DNA from: Synechococcus sp.
GTDB taxonomy: Bacteria > Cyanobacteriota > Cyanobacteriia > Thermostichales > PCC-7336
Reading direction: 5' to 3'
Assembly (NCBI GenBank): GCA_051439605.1
Contig: JBFRWN010000077.1
Location: forward strand, 8,536-72,535
Length of the DNA stretch: 64,000 nucleotides
Position 1 is the stretch's first letter, and every line of letters begins with the position of its first letter. The notes beneath the pieces are model-generated. The model was given only the letters and a program-made list of their open reading frames with translations, ran no database searches and was not told where the DNA came from. Made by a program: the position numbers and the translations under genes. Shown piece after piece: positions 61,600 to 64,000 of this stretch.

Positions 61600-61751
61600 A
61601 CAATCGCACCCATCACCCTGCCGCAACCCCTCTCACCCTTGAGGCTTCGACCGGCGAGCCACCTTCTCAACTCCCATTGGTCGTCAAGAAGCACTACGGA
61701 CAGTCGCCAGGACAATCCGGAGGACAGTAGGCTATGATGGATGAACTTCAC

Positions 61752-62143
61752 GGGGCTGTAACGGTTTCGACGCGTTAGCGAAAGTTCCTTTGTGATGCTG
61801 GTCGGGATTGAGCTTATCCCGTTATCAACAGGCTCAAGCACATTAAGTGCCAACAACATCGTTGCTTTTTCTCGTAAACCTGCTGCAGTAGCAGTAGCTT
61901 AAGTCGAACACTTAGAATTCGATCGAGGACTGATTCACGACTCCGCTACCCGAGTCAGTCAAAACCTCAGCGGATGCACCTAGTAGACTCCTTCAGTAGG
62001 CTGCTGGTTTAAGACTAAACTGGAGCATCCCACCGTTAGGGATAAGTGACGGTTCCCGTTCCGAGGATTAGAGGAACTAGGCCAGTGAATGAATGAAGGG
62101 CGACTACCTAGAGCGGACACGGGTTCGACTCCCGTCAGCTCCA
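61752..62143 (+). ncRNA. ssrA: tmRNA (one-piece); tag peptide ANNIVAFSRKPAAVAVA at 61849-61902
   Basis: 5' GGGGCTGTAACGGTTTCGAC and 3' GACACGGGTTCGACTCCCGTCAGCTCCA; cyanobacterial ANNIV.F tag. Confidence 0.96.
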
Positions 62144-62170
62144 TCCTATTTGATACTCAATCCAATGGGT

Positions 62171-62200
62171 TCCTATCATTTCGATAGGAGCTTATTTTTT
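62171..62200 (+). terminator. Intrinsic terminator after ssrA
   Basis: TCCTATC-atttc-GATAGGA followed by cttatttttt. Confidence 0.6.
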
Positions 62201-62264
62201 GTCAAACTACAGCTCAAATAACTACGTCAAGAAGCGCAACGGGGTTATCACCCTCATCAATAAA

Positions 62265-62359
62265 TGCTTGCGAAATTGTGTAGCATTTAGCATTTCAGCC
62301 ATCCACAATCCCTACAGTGCAAAGGTCCTGACGTTCTAGTCGAGATGGCGGACTACCTG
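62265..62359 (-). repeat. Degenerate copy of the ~95-bp dispersed repeat, copy H
   Basis: Reverse complement ...gccatctcgactagaacg...agggattgtggatggctgaaatgctaaatgc...tcgc keeps the spacing of the conserved blocks. Confidence 0.45.
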
Positions 62360-62480
62360 TAGCCTTGGCAAAGACTCTTGGATATAGTTGACTTCGCAAG
62401 GAGCTTAACAATTGTTTTATGCATAGGGTGACACCTCTAAAGTGTCCAGTCCCTACCTTCAAAGTTAGCTAGCCGGAACC

Positions 62481-64000
62481 ATGACAGCGTCTCAGTTCCG
62501 TTTGCAGTTAACTGCTGACAAAATTTTGCTGAGGGAGTCACTGATGGTGCAGAGTTTTAACCAATTCGGGGGAATTAGCGATCGGATATCTGCAACCGCT
62601 CTTCTCAGGCTAACGGCCAAACTCTTGCCACTATTCTCCGCAGTCACAGCTGCTGGCCTGCTGGCTGCTGGTCCTGTCCTTGCTCAAACCACCTCTACAC
62701 CTGAGCAAGAAGATGCAGCCACCGCCGATTCCCTAAGGGTGAGCACCTCCACGGAAGCTCTACGCATCAATCCACAATTCCGCGTCGGTGCCATCACCGA
62801 GTCAGGAGGGATCCCGGCCTCTCTCAATGCGTTTGATGGGTTCTTCCCCGTTCTGCAAACTCCGGGCACATCTATCACTTACCTCAACCCGCGCCTTAAC
62901 ATCGATTTCGATGACGAGAATCGTTTAGGGGGATCGCTCTTATTCGGTCACCGCAGCTACAGCCCAGATCAACAGCGAATTTTGGGTGGATACTTGGGTT
63001 TAGATGTCAGGGATACAGGCGAGAATGTATTTCCACAAATTGGTTTCGGGTTTGAACGGCTAGGTAAGCACTGGGATATTCGTGCCAACGGTTACGTCCC
63101 GGTGGGAGATACTCGCCAACGCATAGATCGCGAAGTGTTTGCCTCCAGCCAGACATCCATCGCTATCGGAGAACCGACGTTTTCTGGCAATCTCCTGTCC
63201 AGTAATGTCACCAGTACCACCACAGATACTCGCACCCAGATTGATCGCCTAGAAGCTGCACTGGGTGGATTTGATGTGGAGGCGGGGACGCGGCTAGTCA
63301 GCTGGAACGAGCACGGCGAAATGCGCTTGTACGGTGGACTCTACTATCTGGGAGGCCACGATGTTAGCAGTATTGGTGGACGAGGTCGGCTAGAAATTGT
63401 CCCCACCGAATCCATCCGCTTGATGGCTGGCATCCAGGGGGATCCGGTCTTTGACGTGCGGGGATTTTTCTCGGCGAGTTTTCTGTTGCCGACTCCAAAA
63501 GCTTTACAAACAGACACCGACCCCGATGAAAAGGCGGAGGCGATCGCCACATTGGGGGAAACCGTTACCCGTTTGGCGGATCCGGTGGCGCGGGACTTCA
63601 ATGTAGTGGTGGAGGAACAGCAAGAGGTTGATACTACCGTTGCAACTACTTCCATTTCAGAAGAGTTTGTCTTCCGTAATCCCGAGACCGGCGCTGCTTG
63701 GCGTTTTACTCACGTTACTTCGGGGGGTAATAGCGACGGAACCTTCGAGGACCCATTTGGAACCTTAGAAGAAGCATTGGTCAGCGGACTGCAGCAGGAT
63801 GGCAACGATGTTGTTTACGTTCGGCTGGGAGACGAAGCGATTCCAGGCATCGACCTCATAGCTGCAGGTGTGCAAAACATCCAAATTTTGTCAGATGGTC
63901 CCTTGCAAACTCTGCCGATACAGCCATTTAATGGGGAAAGTACCGTTGAAATCCCCTTCTCCAACCGTGGCCAGTTGACCCAAGTGACTGCTCCGGTGGT
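62481..64000 (+). CDS. Inverse-autotransporter (invasin/intimin-type beta-barrel) surface protein, truncated at the window edge
   Basis: Open frame from ATG 62481 (absent from the ORF track); signal peptide ending GPVLA; GFFPVLQTPG, GHRSY, GGYLGLDVRDTG, FPQIGFGFERLG..WDIRANGYVPVG; later GNSDGTFEDPF. Confidence 0.75.
   Translation, partial: MTASQFRLQLTADKILLRESLMVQSFNQFGGISDRISATALLRLTAKLLPLFSAVTAAGLLAAGPVLAQTTSTPEQEDAATADSLRVSTSTEALRINPQFRVGAITESGGIPASLNAFDGFFPVLQTPGTSITYLNPRLNIDFDDENRLGGSLLFGHRSYSPDQQRILGGYLGLDVRDTGENVFPQIGFGFERLGKHWDIRANGYVPVGDTRQRIDREVFASSQTSIAIGEPTFSGNLLSSNVTSTTTDTRTQIDRLEAALGGFDVEAGTRLVSWNEHGEMRLYGGLYYLGGHDVSSIGGRGRLEIVPTESIRLMAGIQGDPVFDVRGFFSASFLLPTPKALQTDTDPDEKAEAIATLGETVTRLADPVARDFNVVVEEQQEVDTTVATTSISEEFVFRNPETGAAWRFTHVTSGGNSDGTFEDPFGTLEEALVSGLQQDGNDVVYVRLGDEAIPGIDLIAAGVQNIQILSDGPLQTLPIQPFNGESTVEIPFSNRGQLTQVTAPV

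Overview
Chromosomal window from a cyanobacterium, supported by frequent HIP1 octamers (GCGATCGC), psbY, opcA, ycf39, crtR, desC and a cyanobacterial tmRNA tag. Most genes are housekeeping or conserved (ttcA, hisC, suhB, rnb, cobA/O, cysH, PMM, a gyrA/parC paralog, hisS, ispF, rnhB, tRNA-Leu, tRNA-fMet, tmRNA). Less ordinary content: (1) a Klebsiella-hpx-like purine catabolism cluster (Rieske HpxD, NCS2 permease, HpxO, HIU hydrolase, allantoate amidohydrolase) with no HpxE reductase in the window, interrupted by a dCache-HAMP-GGDEF-EAL gene; (2) a dispersed ~95-bp intergenic repeat family of about 8 copies with TATAGC-like ends, one copy carrying a perfect NtcA box in the purine-cluster promoter region; (3) a perR/peroxiredoxin/TrxB-like module whose reductase lacks a canonical NADPH motif; (4) a secreted protein with three tandem copies of an unassigned domain; (5) HIP1-poor inserts (a GT2 pair, the GGDEF-EAL gene, and a secreted alpha-amylase between tRNA-fMet and tmRNA); (6) an inverse-autotransporter-like gene running off the right edge. 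No CRISPR array, transposase, integrase or rRNA was seen. All calls come from reading the sequence and recalled motifs; no database searches or computations were run.
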